This document shows, piece by piece, positions 46,601-55,644 of a stretch of 64,000 nucleotides of DNA. Position numbers and translations under genes: made by a program. Within the stretch, counting starts at the first letter, position 1. Every line of letters begins with the position of its first letter. The notes under the pieces were generated by a model. It was not told where the DNA came from and ran no database searches. It saw nothing but the letters and a program-made list of their open reading frames with translations. Source of the stretch: Clostridiales bacterium Firm_11 (GTDB lineage: Bacteria > Bacillota > Clostridia > Christensenellales > Aristaeellaceae); contig LVAQ01000011.1 of NCBI GenBank assembly GCA_001604105.1, positions 25,640 through 89,639 of the forward strand, read 5' to 3'.

Positions 46601-47479
46601 TTACATGACAACCCGTTGCACATGGGGCATTTGGATTCCTTCCGCATCAAAACGCTCCTTAATTCGCCTGCGCAGTTCCCGTTCGATGCCCCAATTCTCT
46701 TTCACGGTGCACGTGGCGGCGATGCGAACGATAATTGCGTCCGGATCATATGAAAGGATGCCCAATACCTGCGGTATCTCTGAAAGCCCGCTCACTGTTT
46801 CGCCTGCCCGATGCATCTCATCTTCCAATACGGCAAGCAGTCGATCCAGTTTTTCTTCATAAGGCAGGCGTACATCCACGATGGCGCGTTTGTAAGCACG
46901 TGTCATGTTGGTGACCGTGCGAATATCACCGTTGGGAATCACATAAAGGTTACCGCTGTAGTTTCTGATGGTGGTTGTGCGAATGGCTATTGACTCGACT
47001 TCTCCGGACAAGCTGTTGACTTCTACGATATCGCCAACGGTGATGTTGCCTTCCATCCAAAGAAAGATACCGCTTATAACATCCTTGACCAGCGTTTGCG
47101 CGCCAAAACCGATCGCGATGCCACCCACACCGGCCACTGCAATCATGGAGGTTACATTCACGCCAAATATGCCCAATACCACTGTGAGCAGGATGAAGTA
47201 CATGATGTAGTTGAAAACGCTGATCACCAGTGAGCGGAACGTCTCACGCTGACCCGGGCTTTTACTGGGCGCTCCCTTTTTGCCTTGGATCAGTCGGTTG
47301 ATAAGCTTGCGCCCAAGCCGCACCAGCACAATACCCAGAACCACAACCACGGCGGCAAACATCAGCTTACTCAGCCAAATGGGCAGACGATTCAATAGCT
47401 CGCCTGCCGCCAGCCCTGCGCTCTCCAATGTATCATTCATAGTTTCAATCAGCTCTGGCATTGCCGTGGGTTCCGCCAT
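46601..47479 (-). CDS. Small-conductance mechanosensitive channel (MscS family)
   Basis: ORF trimmed to ATG 47479 after AGGAGG. Three TM helices and the GDIVEVNSLSGEVESIAIRTTTIRN beta-domain motif. Confidence 0.85.
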   Translation of the reverse strand: MAEPTAMPELIETMNDTLESAGLAAGELLNRLPIWLSKLMFAAVVVVLGIVLVRLGRKLINRLIQGKKGAPSKSPGQRETFRSLVISVFNYIMYFILLTVVLGIFGVNVTSMIAVAGVGGIAIGFGAQTLVKDVISGIFLWMEGNITVGDIVEVNSLSGEVESIAIRTTTIRNYSGNLYVIPNGDIRTVTNMTRAYKRAIVDVRLPYEEKLDRLLAVLEDEMHRAGETVSGLSEIPQVLGILSYDPDAIIVRIAATCTVKENWGIERELRRRIKERFDAEGIQMPHVQRVVM

Positions 47480-47734
47480 GCAATTTTCCTCCTTCACCGT
47501 AAGGCAAAGCATCTTCTCGCCGCTACACACCTGCATAACCGCAAGGCCGCAGGTGTGTATTCGCGATAGCGTTTACATATCTATCCTACTGTATTATCCC
47601 TGCCTTGGCAAGTCTGATGGGTTTCATAATGCCTCAAGCTCGGTATTGATTCTAACTGTATAACCACATACTACAAAGAACCGCAGCTTCCTGGTGACGC
47701 CGCACGCGAAAGTTCCGATTATACTTGAACACTT

Positions 47735-47773
47735 GTGTAAGGCATTGCGGGTATCACACGCAATGCCTTACAC
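47735..47773 (-). terminator. Long hairpin downstream of the GGDEF gene
   Basis: 15-bp perfect stem gtgtaaggcattgcg / cgcaatgccttacac with a 9-nt loop and no clear U-tract. Confidence 0.5.
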
Positions 47774-47876
47774 GTAGCACAAAGAAAGCCATCAGCGTAT
47801 CTGCTCTCCGTTTGATGCAGCCCCGGTTGGTAATCCGCTCAGCTATCCGATGTGATGCGAATGTGGCGCATTGACG

Positions 47877-50222
47877 CTAAACCGAAGTGTTTTTACGCAA
47901 ACGGAGCGAAAGTGTCTTCCGTTTTCGTTTGGCTTCATACAGGCGTTTATCAGCCTCGGCGATAATGCTGCTCACCTCCAGCCCTTGCCTGCAGGTAAAG
48001 CGCTTCATGCCGATCGAAACATCCAAAAGATAAGGTTTTTGCACACTGTCATTATAGGCGCTGCATGCCGCCAAGATTTTTTGGGCGAGTATTTCACCAT
48101 AGTTTCTGTCTGGATTGACAATCAATCCGACAAACTCATCCCCCCCAATACGCCCAAGCACCTCGTTCTCCCCCACGCAGTCTTGCAGAATCACGCTTAC
48201 GGCTCGCAAAGCACTATCGCCTTCCGTGTGTCCAAATGTATCGTTGATTTGCTTAAGATAATCAAGGTCAATGAACATGCAAAAAGCTGTTTTGCCAATG
48301 TTCTCCCGGTTCTTGCGGATGGCGCGCGCGATGAAGCCACGGCGGTTAAGCAAACCGCATAGTTCGTCATACTCCGATAGAAAGTTCAGAATTTCATTTT
48401 TCTCCCGAATATTCTCAAGCTCAATCGCTATGGTTTTTTCCTTCCTGCGAAGCTCCAGAAAATCAATCATCATCCCGAGTTGAAGCCCGATAACGTGCAG
48501 AAGCGCGCTCTTGCTCCCATCTGTCTCACATATCAGTATTCCGTATTGATTCTCCCCGGAAAAGAAGCTGAATGCCATCATGGATGGCGCCAGCGTATAG
48601 TCATGCAGACTGCTGAACGGATGCAAATCATCGATAACAGGCATTCTCTCACGCGAATAGGCTTCGATAGCGCCATCGTTTCCTTTTGCTGCCAGCAGAA
48701 GCTTATTGGGGATATTGTCCAGTCCCCCGCTGCCGTAGCGCTGTGGTTCTTCAAGCAAACAAATATAAATATACTTTAGGCCAGCCATCATCAAGCGCTC
48801 GGTTACACAGCGCAGCACTTCCTGATCGTTCGTTTGACCATAAAGGCCACGCGTCAGCTCCGGCGCAATCCATGTTTCTGACTGCATCTTGTCATAACGC
48901 AATTCCAAAGCATGTACTTCCCGCGTGTGCAGGTACTGCTGCATTTGCGTAACTGCGCTTGAGAACTTTCGTACTGAAAGCGGCAGTCTTTCGGCGCAGA
49001 AAATGCGAAGCATATAATCCTTCAAACTATAGGTTAATGGGGAGAGAAGCGGCGGGCTATGTTGAATGAAGAACTCAAAATGCCTGAACAGTATGTTGTA
49101 GTTAATCTCTTCTTCTGAAGTGTCCAGTGAAAGCGAACGTAAACCATCCAGGCAAATGCGCAGCGCCTCCACCTGGGTTTCCTGCTCGTCTGTTGGGAAC
49201 TGGCTGGCATAATCCTTCATGATGATATCGATTGCATTATCGATAAAAGCAATGGCATCCTCACCCTCCATGGCAGGGCGGTAACAAAAGGAATCCTGTG
49301 CGCAGCCGCAGGATTGTCGCCTGATAAACTCTGTTTTCATTTCCAGCGCTTTTACCGTTGAACCATCCGTTAACTGCGTGGCATAATCTATGGCAAGCCT
49401 TCCCATGCGGTATGCGCTTTGGGATACCGTAGTAAGCGGCGGCAGCATGTGGGTCGCGGAGCTAAAGTTGTCAAAGCCAGTAATTGCGATATCTCTTCCG
49501 ATGACCAATCCTCGGCGGCGGCATTCCCGGTAGCCTGCTTTCGCCATCTCATCATTGGCAAAGGCAATCGCATCCAAATCCGGATGCTGATCCATCAGCA
49601 TCGCAACCTGATCATCTACAAATTCATAGAATGAACCATAGATGATCATGTTTGGTTCAACGGTCAAGCCATGCTTTGCCATGGCATCAAGGTACGCATG
49701 CAGGCGCTGTTTGGCATCCGAATGCCCTTTAGGACCTGATACATACCCAATTTTCCGATAACCATGATCAACGATCAAATGCTCCATGCACTGTGTGAAG
49801 CTGTTATAATTGTCAACAACGATATAGGTATGTTTGGGCGTATCCAGAGCTATGCGCTCCTGAAGCACTACATAGGGCTTATGCGAAAAACGCCCCAGAA
49901 ATTGTCGGTACAAACCGTCGCCAGAAAACCCGGAAAGCGAACCGCACGCAAAAACAAACGAGTCAACCCCCGCGAGCGCGGCGTAATCATATACGCTGTT
50001 GTGACTTAGTGTCGAATCAGATGCTGTGTTTCTTTCGATTCTCGTTCCATGCTGCTGCATGCCCAAAAAGAACATTACATGAACATTCGCTTCGATGGCC
50101 GCATCGGACATCCCCTTCATAAGTTCCAATGAAAAATCAAAGCTGACATCGCCGATCAGCACGCCGATCATATGCGGCTTTTTATGATTTGTTATCAAAG
50201 CGTATATCACCCGCCTTAGCAC
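47877..50222 (-). CDS. Cytoplasmic LacI-type periplasmic-binding-fold sensor domain (no HTH) + central domain + GGDEF diguanylate cyclase
   Basis: 781 aa; start uncertain (GTG 50222 or ATG 50171). N-terminus IGVLIGDVSFDF...GYVSGP...ITGFDN resembles a LacI/PBP1 effector domain lacking the DNA-binding head. C-terminus ...FIDLDYLKQINDTFGHTEGD...RIGGDEFVGLI is an intact GGDEF. No RxxD I-site seen. Confidence 0.8.
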   Translation of the reverse strand: MLRRVIYALITNHKKPHMIGVLIGDVSFDFSLELMKGMSDAAIEANVHVMFFLGMQQHGTRIERNTASDSTLSHNSVYDYAALAGVDSFVFACGSLSGFSGDGLYRQFLGRFSHKPYVVLQERIALDTPKHTYIVVDNYNSFTQCMEHLIVDHGYRKIGYVSGPKGHSDAKQRLHAYLDAMAKHGLTVEPNMIIYGSFYEFVDDQVAMLMDQHPDLDAIAFANDEMAKAGYRECRRRGLVIGRDIAITGFDNFSSATHMLPPLTTVSQSAYRMGRLAIDYATQLTDGSTVKALEMKTEFIRRQSCGCAQDSFCYRPAMEGEDAIAFIDNAIDIIMKDYASQFPTDEQETQVEALRICLDGLRSLSLDTSEEEINYNILFRHFEFFIQHSPPLLSPLTYSLKDYMLRIFCAERLPLSVRKFSSAVTQMQQYLHTREVHALELRYDKMQSETWIAPELTRGLYGQTNDQEVLRCVTERLMMAGLKYIYICLLEEPQRYGSGGLDNIPNKLLLAAKGNDGAIEAYSRERMPVIDDLHPFSSLHDYTLAPSMMAFSFFSGENQYGILICETDGSKSALLHVIGLQLGMMIDFLELRRKEKTIAIELENIREKNEILNFLSEYDELCGLLNRRGFIARAIRKNRENIGKTAFCMFIDLDYLKQINDTFGHTEGDSALRAVSVILQDCVGENEVLGRIGGDEFVGLIVNPDRNYGEILAQKILAACSAYNDSVQKPYLLDVSIGMKRFTCRQGLEVSSIIAEADKRLYEAKRKRKTLSLRLRKNTSV

Positions 50223-50511
50223 TTCCTGTTGCGTTTCAGCTATTGGTTATGCACCAACAAACGAAGTTTGACCATGCGGTAAACCCCTCGTTCAAATTGA
50301 TGCCTAATACGTAACTGAAAGAACAACGCAAACGACTGTATAGTAACATTATACATCCTTTGCGCGTTTGTGACAATATCCTGTATTCTTGTAGTCAAAC
50401 AGGGAAAACTACGGAAAATCGACATTTGCCATTGTTTTATATATGCGCTGGCTTTGATCCTGCTGGGGTATCGCGTTACATCTTTTGCGTTAACTGCTGG
50501 CATATCATCCA

Positions 50512-50540
50512 TTGCCAAGGCTTATAAAATGTTGTACAAT
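50512..50540 (+). promoter_or_regulatory. Candidate promoter of the SH3b surface-protein gene
   Basis: -35 TTGCCA, 17-bp spacer, -10 TACAAT. Leaves a 5' UTR of about 70 nt. Confidence 0.45.
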
Positions 50541-50618
50541 TTCGACAAATGGGGAAGAATCCTCATGCGAGAAACGTACTATGGATGAATTCCCCATGAT
50601 ATACGGAGGGATCCGCTT

Positions 50619-53600
50619 ATGAAACGATTTTTATCCCTTTTGATTGCCTTGACGCTGCTCATCGCGCTCATTCCATCTGTCCCAGCCATGGCGCTCACGC
50701 AATATGGCACTGTAACGGGCGGGTGGTTACGGCTGCGTTCTTCGCCATCCTTTAGCGCAAGCACAATCAGCTCCTATTATACAGGCACTGTCGTTAAAAT
50801 ACTTGGCACAAGCGGTAGTTGGTATCAGGTCGAAGCGCCTGATGGCAAAACGGGCTACATGTACGGCTCTTATGTTACGCTTAATGGCGGCGGCACGGGA
50901 ACTGCATATGTAACCAGTACCAACGGCTACGGCGTTCGTTTGCGCACGGGTCCTGGCACAGGATACCGTATTATTGCGGTTTACAGTGTTGGCACAGCTG
51001 TAACCGTCTTGCAAACCGGCACCACATGGAGCCGCATCCAAATTGGCAGCCGCATTGGTTATATGATGAACCGTTTTCTGACCACCGGCGGTGGCGGAGG
51101 CAGCGGCGAACCAGCCACCATTTGGAGCGCAAACGGGCTGGGTGTAAGGCTTCGTACAGGCCCCGGCACGAGTTATTCAATCATTGGCGTCTATAGCGTT
51201 GGTACGACTGTCAATGTAATCTCACGCGGCACTGTTTGGGATTATATATCCGTCGGCAGTCGCGTAGGCTACATGATGAATGCGTTCCTGCATTACGCCA
51301 GCAGCAATGCCGTGACCGCAGTTACACTCAATAACACGTCGCCCATTGTCGGCAGTGTATTAGGCGCCGCCAGCATAACCCCCTCCGGGGCGACAGTCAG
51401 TTACAGTTGGTATTCCGGCACCACGCTGGTTTCCAGCGCGTCGACCTACACGGTACAAGCAAGCGATCTCAACCAACAAATCAAGCTTACTGTTGTAGGC
51501 ACGGGAAGTTATTCTGGCACCGCCACCAGCTCACCCACCAGTCCTGTAGCAGCGGGTACGCCTGTTACCAGCGTTATGCTCAATAACAACGCGCCTGTGG
51601 TTGGGGATGTGCTTACCGCGCTCAACCTGACCCCAAGCGGCGCAACGGTTTCCTACGCATGGTATGTTGATGGCAATCTGGTCAGTACCCAGGCCACCTA
51701 TACCGTTACTGCCGCTGATGTGTATAAGTATGTACGCCTTCGCGTTAGTGGCATTGGCCATTATACAGGCAGTGCAGAGGTTACATCCACAGGCACGGTG
51801 CAACCAACCGGTTATATTGTGAACGTTGCCGTGTCCAATACCACAAACGATACCACCGAGGGCAACGCATACCCCAATGTAGGCGATCTGCTCACCGCAA
51901 AACCGGATCCCGCAACTGCTTCGGCTACTTACCGCTGGACCTATGTGGACGATACTGCAACCACCCTTGGCACAGGCGCCACCCTTGCAGTCACAACAGC
52001 TATGGTTGGCAGACAGTTGATGCTCAGCTACGCGGGCAGCGGCAATTATAGCGGCTCTGGTGTGACACTTTCCGGCACGGTCGTAAACAAACCCAACATC
52101 ACCAGCATCGGTTTTAACAAGACCGTATTCCGTTATGATCCCTCCCCCGCTGATCCGAACTTCAACCTGCTTACGGCCACTGTGCTTGCGGGTACAACGG
52201 ACGCAACCGCGGATTGTACTTTCGAATGGTACCGCGGCGGTGTGCTGGTAAGCGGCGTTACCACCAGCACCTATACCCTTTCCGCCGCTGACCGTGGGCA
52301 GATTATCATGGTGCGTGCCATCGCGCTGGGTTCCAGCAGCCATGCGGGCTCGGTAAGCAGAAGCACGACAGAAACCGTCAAGCAGCGTCTGACCAGCGTC
52401 GATATATCCGGCAGCAGCAGCGCAACCCCTGGCAATGTTGTCGTTGGCGACGTGCTCAACCCCTCGCTTGACGGCGGTAGCACAACACCCAATACCGTAA
52501 TTGCCAACTACACTTGGTCATTGAATAGCATCAATACATCCTCGCTCGCCTATACGGTTCCCTCTGGTAGCGTATCTGGGCTTACGCTGACGCTCTCTGT
52601 TACTGGTAAAGGCGATTATTACACCGATGCGACACTGACGGATACGGCTACGGTAGAAGCAGCTGCTATCACTGCGATCAACTTCCCGTCCTCCGCACCC
52701 ATGGCTGGTAACACCTACAGTGTTACGCTAACTCCCGCAAACGCAACCGCCTCCGCAACCTACGCTTGGACGGGGCATAGCGCGACCTATACGGGTTCTA
52801 CCATCACCGTGAGCGCCGATGATATTGGTCATCCCATCGCGCTTGTCGTAACGCCTGGCGCCGGTTATACCGGAGACCCCTCCGTACTGGAGCAGGATAC
52901 ACCCAGCAGTGTTGTGGCAAGACCGATAACCGTCGCACAGTTCTTTGGCACCATAGCCGTTGGGCAAACGGTGCAGATCAATACCGATCTTCCCAATGAC
53001 AGCGTTGATCACATCGATTGGCTGCTGGATGCGGCGCTCTACCACACCAGCGCAGAGAAGAGCTGGGTTCTGCCATCGGGCAGCGAGGGGAAAGAGCTTA
53101 CTGCCGTTGTCTACGGCAAAGGTAACTACGCTGGCAGCAGCAAGAGTATCCCCGGTGTGATTATCAATGCCAGCCTGTCAATGGCAATCACGTTGTTGGC
53201 GGATCCCTTATTTGAAGAACCTGAGGTCACCGAAGAACCTCTCAGTGAGTCGCTTGATAACAGCCCGGAGGTCACTGATGACCCGACGCCAACCGAAGAA
53301 CCAATTGATGGTGAAACGGTCGATTCGGATATGCCAACGGAAGACGGTACGCAAATCACCCCGCAGCCAACGGCTGAAACCGTTCAGGCGACACCTGTCC
53401 CCCATTCCGTCAGCTTCCGGTATGAACCAAGCGGTGCCCTGGCCATCGGTACGCGTGTGTATGCGCTGCCGGATGTTACGGAAAATATCGTTACGTATGA
53501 ATGGTATCTCGGGGATATCCTTCAGGATGACTACAATGGCAGTGACTACTATACGGTAACCGAGCAGAATCTGAACAACGAAGTAAGGCTTACTGTCATT

Positions 53601-53795
53601 GTTCGTTACGCGGATGATTCCATCGGAACCACGTGGATCGATCTGCGTTGGCCTGAAGTGACGCAGCCTGAACCCACGCCCACACCCACCGACGAACCAC
53701 TGATAGAGGATTCGACTAGCGATGATGGCACAGGAGAGACTGAACCTCCTACAGAAGACCCCACGATAACTGATACGCAGACGCCTTCAGCATAA
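50619..53795 (+). CDS. Large secreted SH3b + Ig-like-repeat surface protein
   Basis: 1058 aa. Signal peptide (..VPAMA/LTQ). Three SH3b units, about eight 75-90-aa modules sharing Y.W(Y)...TYTV.A.D....I.L.V.G.G.Y.G, and two acidic P/T/E-rich linkers. No LPXTG, SLH or choline-binding anchor seen. Confidence 0.8.
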   Translation: MKRFLSLLIALTLLIALIPSVPAMALTQYGTVTGGWLRLRSSPSFSASTISSYYTGTVVKILGTSGSWYQVEAPDGKTGYMYGSYVTLNGGGTGTAYVTSTNGYGVRLRTGPGTGYRIIAVYSVGTAVTVLQTGTTWSRIQIGSRIGYMMNRFLTTGGGGGSGEPATIWSANGLGVRLRTGPGTSYSIIGVYSVGTTVNVISRGTVWDYISVGSRVGYMMNAFLHYASSNAVTAVTLNNTSPIVGSVLGAASITPSGATVSYSWYSGTTLVSSASTYTVQASDLNQQIKLTVVGTGSYSGTATSSPTSPVAAGTPVTSVMLNNNAPVVGDVLTALNLTPSGATVSYAWYVDGNLVSTQATYTVTAADVYKYVRLRVSGIGHYTGSAEVTSTGTVQPTGYIVNVAVSNTTNDTTEGNAYPNVGDLLTAKPDPATASATYRWTYVDDTATTLGTGATLAVTTAMVGRQLMLSYAGSGNYSGSGVTLSGTVVNKPNITSIGFNKTVFRYDPSPADPNFNLLTATVLAGTTDATADCTFEWYRGGVLVSGVTTSTYTLSAADRGQIIMVRAIALGSSSHAGSVSRSTTETVKQRLTSVDISGSSSATPGNVVVGDVLNPSLDGGSTTPNTVIANYTWSLNSINTSSLAYTVPSGSVSGLTLTLSVTGKGDYYTDATLTDTATVEAAAITAINFPSSAPMAGNTYSVTLTPANATASATYAWTGHSATYTGSTITVSADDIGHPIALVVTPGAGYTGDPSVLEQDTPSSVVARPITVAQFFGTIAVGQTVQINTDLPNDSVDHIDWLLDAALYHTSAEKSWVLPSGSEGKELTAVVYGKGNYAGSSKSIPGVIINASLSMAITLLADPLFEEPEVTEEPLSESLDNSPEVTDDPTPTEEPIDGETVDSDMPTEDGTQITPQPTAETVQATPVPHSVSFRYEPSGALAIGTRVYALPDVTENIVTYEWYLGDILQDDYNGSDYYTVTEQNLNNEVRLTVIVRYADDSIGTTWIDLRWPEVTQPEPTPTPTDEPLIEDSTSDDGTGETEPPTEDPTITDTQTPSA
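50700..51290 (+). repeat. Three tandem SH3b domain-coding units inside the surface-protein gene
   Basis: aa 28-88, 96-154 and 166-224. Units 2 and 3 are near-identical at the protein level (GVRLRTGPGT.Y.II.VYSVGT.V.V......W..I.(I/V)GSR.GYMMN.FL) but diverged at synonymous sites. Confidence 0.7.
51309..53160 (+). repeat. About 7 tandem Ig-like module-coding units
   Basis: Recurrent motif ATVSYSWY..../ATVSYAWY..../ATYRWTY.../CTFEWYR.../ANYTWSL.../ATYAWTG... followed by TYTV.A.D and G.G.Y.G. Boundaries are approximate. Confidence 0.55.
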
Positions 53796-53874
53796 GGATA
53801 GCGTATCCCCGATGGCATAGCCGCCAGAGCCATCCGGATTCTGTGGATCATCTATCGTTCTAAGCGATTGCGAT

Positions 53875-53918
53875 GGAAAGCGCCTCCCTTGCCCGTGTTG
53901 GCAGAGGAGGCGCTTTCC
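53875..53918. terminator. Bidirectional terminator between surface-protein gene and crp/fnr gene
   Basis: 13-bp perfect stem ggaaagcgcctcc / ggaggcgctttcc. Confidence 0.7.
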
Positions 53919-53964
53919 ATGGTTCAGACAACCACAGCAACTTTGAGAGTCTTATGTATACTTC

Positions 53965-54639
53965 TCAATGCACATCGTTATTCTTCAAGGTGAACGTACT
54001 TTTATGGTAAGAGAGAATTCCTTCATTGCGAAGTTTTGACAGTTCACTGCACATGGCACTACGATCCACGGCAAGGAAATCCGCTAATTGCTGGCGGTTA
54101 AATGGGATCGTAAAGACTGCGCTTTGCACCTGACGGGACTCTGCCGAAAGGAATGAAAGTATTTTCTCGCGCGTCGTTCGCTGCGACAAGTGCTGTAGTT
54201 TCTCATTCATGCGAAGGTTTTTTGCCGCGAGCAGTGAAACCAGATTGTAAATAAGTCTGCTATGATAGGTACAAGCGTTGCTGCATGTCGTAAGCACTTT
54301 TTTTGTGTTAAGAAACAGTACCGTTGTATGCGCTTGTGCTTCAACGCTTACCCCCAACGCTACGCCTGGCAGAAAGCCATAGCTTTCAGCAAACACTTCA
54401 CCCTCGCCAATGCTGGTTATGATATTCCGGTTTCCCCAGAAATCCTCTTGAATGACAAATACCGCGCCTGCCAGCACAAGACCGAGAGAATCAACCCTAT
54501 CCCCTTGCAGGTGTACAAACGCGTTTTTCGTATAAACGCGCTTGGTTGCCGTTAAACACATAAGTATGTCCATGATCTGTGTTTCATCCATGCCCTGAAA
54601 AAGGACGGATGATTGTAAAACCGGCATGAATTCTTTCAC
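53965..54639 (-). CDS. Crp/Fnr family transcriptional regulator
   Basis: ORF 53965..54681 trimmed to GTG 54639, 6 nt after GGAGG. cNMP-binding-like domain (LFQGMDE...) and C-terminal HTH (RQQLADFLAVDRSAMCSELSKLRNEGIL). Confidence 0.85.
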   Translation of the reverse strand: MKEFMPVLQSSVLFQGMDETQIMDILMCLTATKRVYTKNAFVHLQGDRVDSLGLVLAGAVFVIQEDFWGNRNIITSIGEGEVFAESYGFLPGVALGVSVEAQAHTTVLFLNTKKVLTTCSNACTYHSRLIYNLVSLLAAKNLRMNEKLQHLSQRTTREKILSFLSAESRQVQSAVFTIPFNRQQLADFLAVDRSAMCSELSKLRNEGILSYHKSTFTLKNNDVH

Positions 54640-54651
54640 AAAAGCCTCCGT

Positions 54652-54665
54652 GTTGTAAATACAAC
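54652..54665. promoter_or_regulatory. Palindrome in the divergent crp/fnr - Fe-S gene intergenic region
   Basis: GTTGTA-AA-TACAAC, perfect 6-bp arms. Candidate Crp/Fnr-type site, but the spacing is atypical. Confidence 0.3.
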
Positions 54666-54722
54666 GGTTTTTATGACACAACTCTACTATACTGTGATTG
54701 TAATGTCAAGGAGGTAATGCCC

Positions 54723-55451
54723 ATGATTCGGAAGATCATTCAAATCAACGAGGATCTATGCAATGGCTGCGGTGCCTGCGCAACGGCCTGCCATGAAGGC
54801 GCCATTGGCATGGTTGACGGTAAGGCAAAGTTGCTGCGTGATGACTATTGCGACGGCCTTGGCAACTGCCTGCCCGTATGCCCAACAGGCGCCATCACTT
54901 TTGTTGAGCGAGAGGCTGCCGCTTATGATGAAGAAGCGGTGCTGGCACAGCAACGTGTATCACAGAATAAACCGCAGGTGCCTGCACCTACGTCACAGGC
55001 ATGCGCTTGTCCCGGAACGCGCTCCCGCACCATTGAGCGCGATAGCACGGCGCCATCACGCACGTATGAATCAACCAGCCCGGCACAGTCACACTTGCGT
55101 CAATGGCCGGTGCAGATCAAGCTTGTTCCTGTAAACGCGCCCTATTTTCATCAGGCGAAGCTGCTTGTCGCGGCGGATTGTACCGCTTTTGCATACGGCA
55201 ACTTTCATGAGCGCTTTATCAAGAACCATGTGACGCTTATCGGTTGTCCCAAGCTGGATATGACCGAATACAGCGAGAAACTGACGGAAATCCTGCGTCA
55301 CAATGATGTTCAAAGCGTAACCGTGGTACGAATGGAGGTTCCTTGCTGCGGCGGTATTGAACACGCGGTAAAGACTGCTTTGCAAGCCAGCGGAAAGATG
55401 ATCCCGTGGCAGGTGGTCACCATTACGACCGATGGTCAGATTCTGGAGTAA
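54723..55451 (+). CDS. 4Fe-4S dicluster-domain protein with a Cys-rich C-terminal domain
   Basis: ATG 54723, 8 nt after AAGGAGG. CNGCGACATAC and CDGLGNCLPVCP ferredoxin motifs. C-terminal ...LIGCPKLD...VPCCGGIEHAV. Confidence 0.8.
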   Translation: MIRKIIQINEDLCNGCGACATACHEGAIGMVDGKAKLLRDDYCDGLGNCLPVCPTGAITFVEREAAAYDEEAVLAQQRVSQNKPQVPAPTSQACACPGTRSRTIERDSTAPSRTYESTSPAQSHLRQWPVQIKLVPVNAPYFHQAKLLVAADCTAFAYGNFHERFIKNHVTLIGCPKLDMTEYSEKLTEILRHNDVQSVTVVRMEVPCCGGIEHAVKTALQASGKMIPWQVVTITTDGQILE

Positions 55452-55557
55452 ACGTTCAACCGTTTGCAACATTTCGTTCGGCTTTCTAAAAACACTTCAT
55501 GCTAAATGCGAGCGTTAGGCGCCGGTGTGCAAGTCCATAAAGGCCATCACTATGCCG

Positions 55558-55613
55558 CACAACAAGGCTCTCCCGCACAAGCTTCATCAGCTGCACGGGA
55601 GAGCCTTGTTGTG
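55558..55613. terminator. Bidirectional terminator between Fe-S gene and convergent secreted-protein gene
   Basis: 18-bp perfect stem cacaacaaggctctcccg / cgggagagccttgttgtg. Confidence 0.7.
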
Positions 55614-55644
55614 GTCATGGCATCATCGAACGGATGATTGCCGC

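Noticed and set aside
50541-50618. Possible c-di-GMP riboswitch in the 5' UTR of the surface-protein gene, next to a diguanylate cyclase.
   Set aside because: The ~70-nt leader is too short. I could not find GEMM-I/II hallmark segments such as GGCAAACC or ACGCAAAGCC-type blocks, only a modest ggggaa...ttcccc hairpin. A covariance-model scan is needed to be sure.
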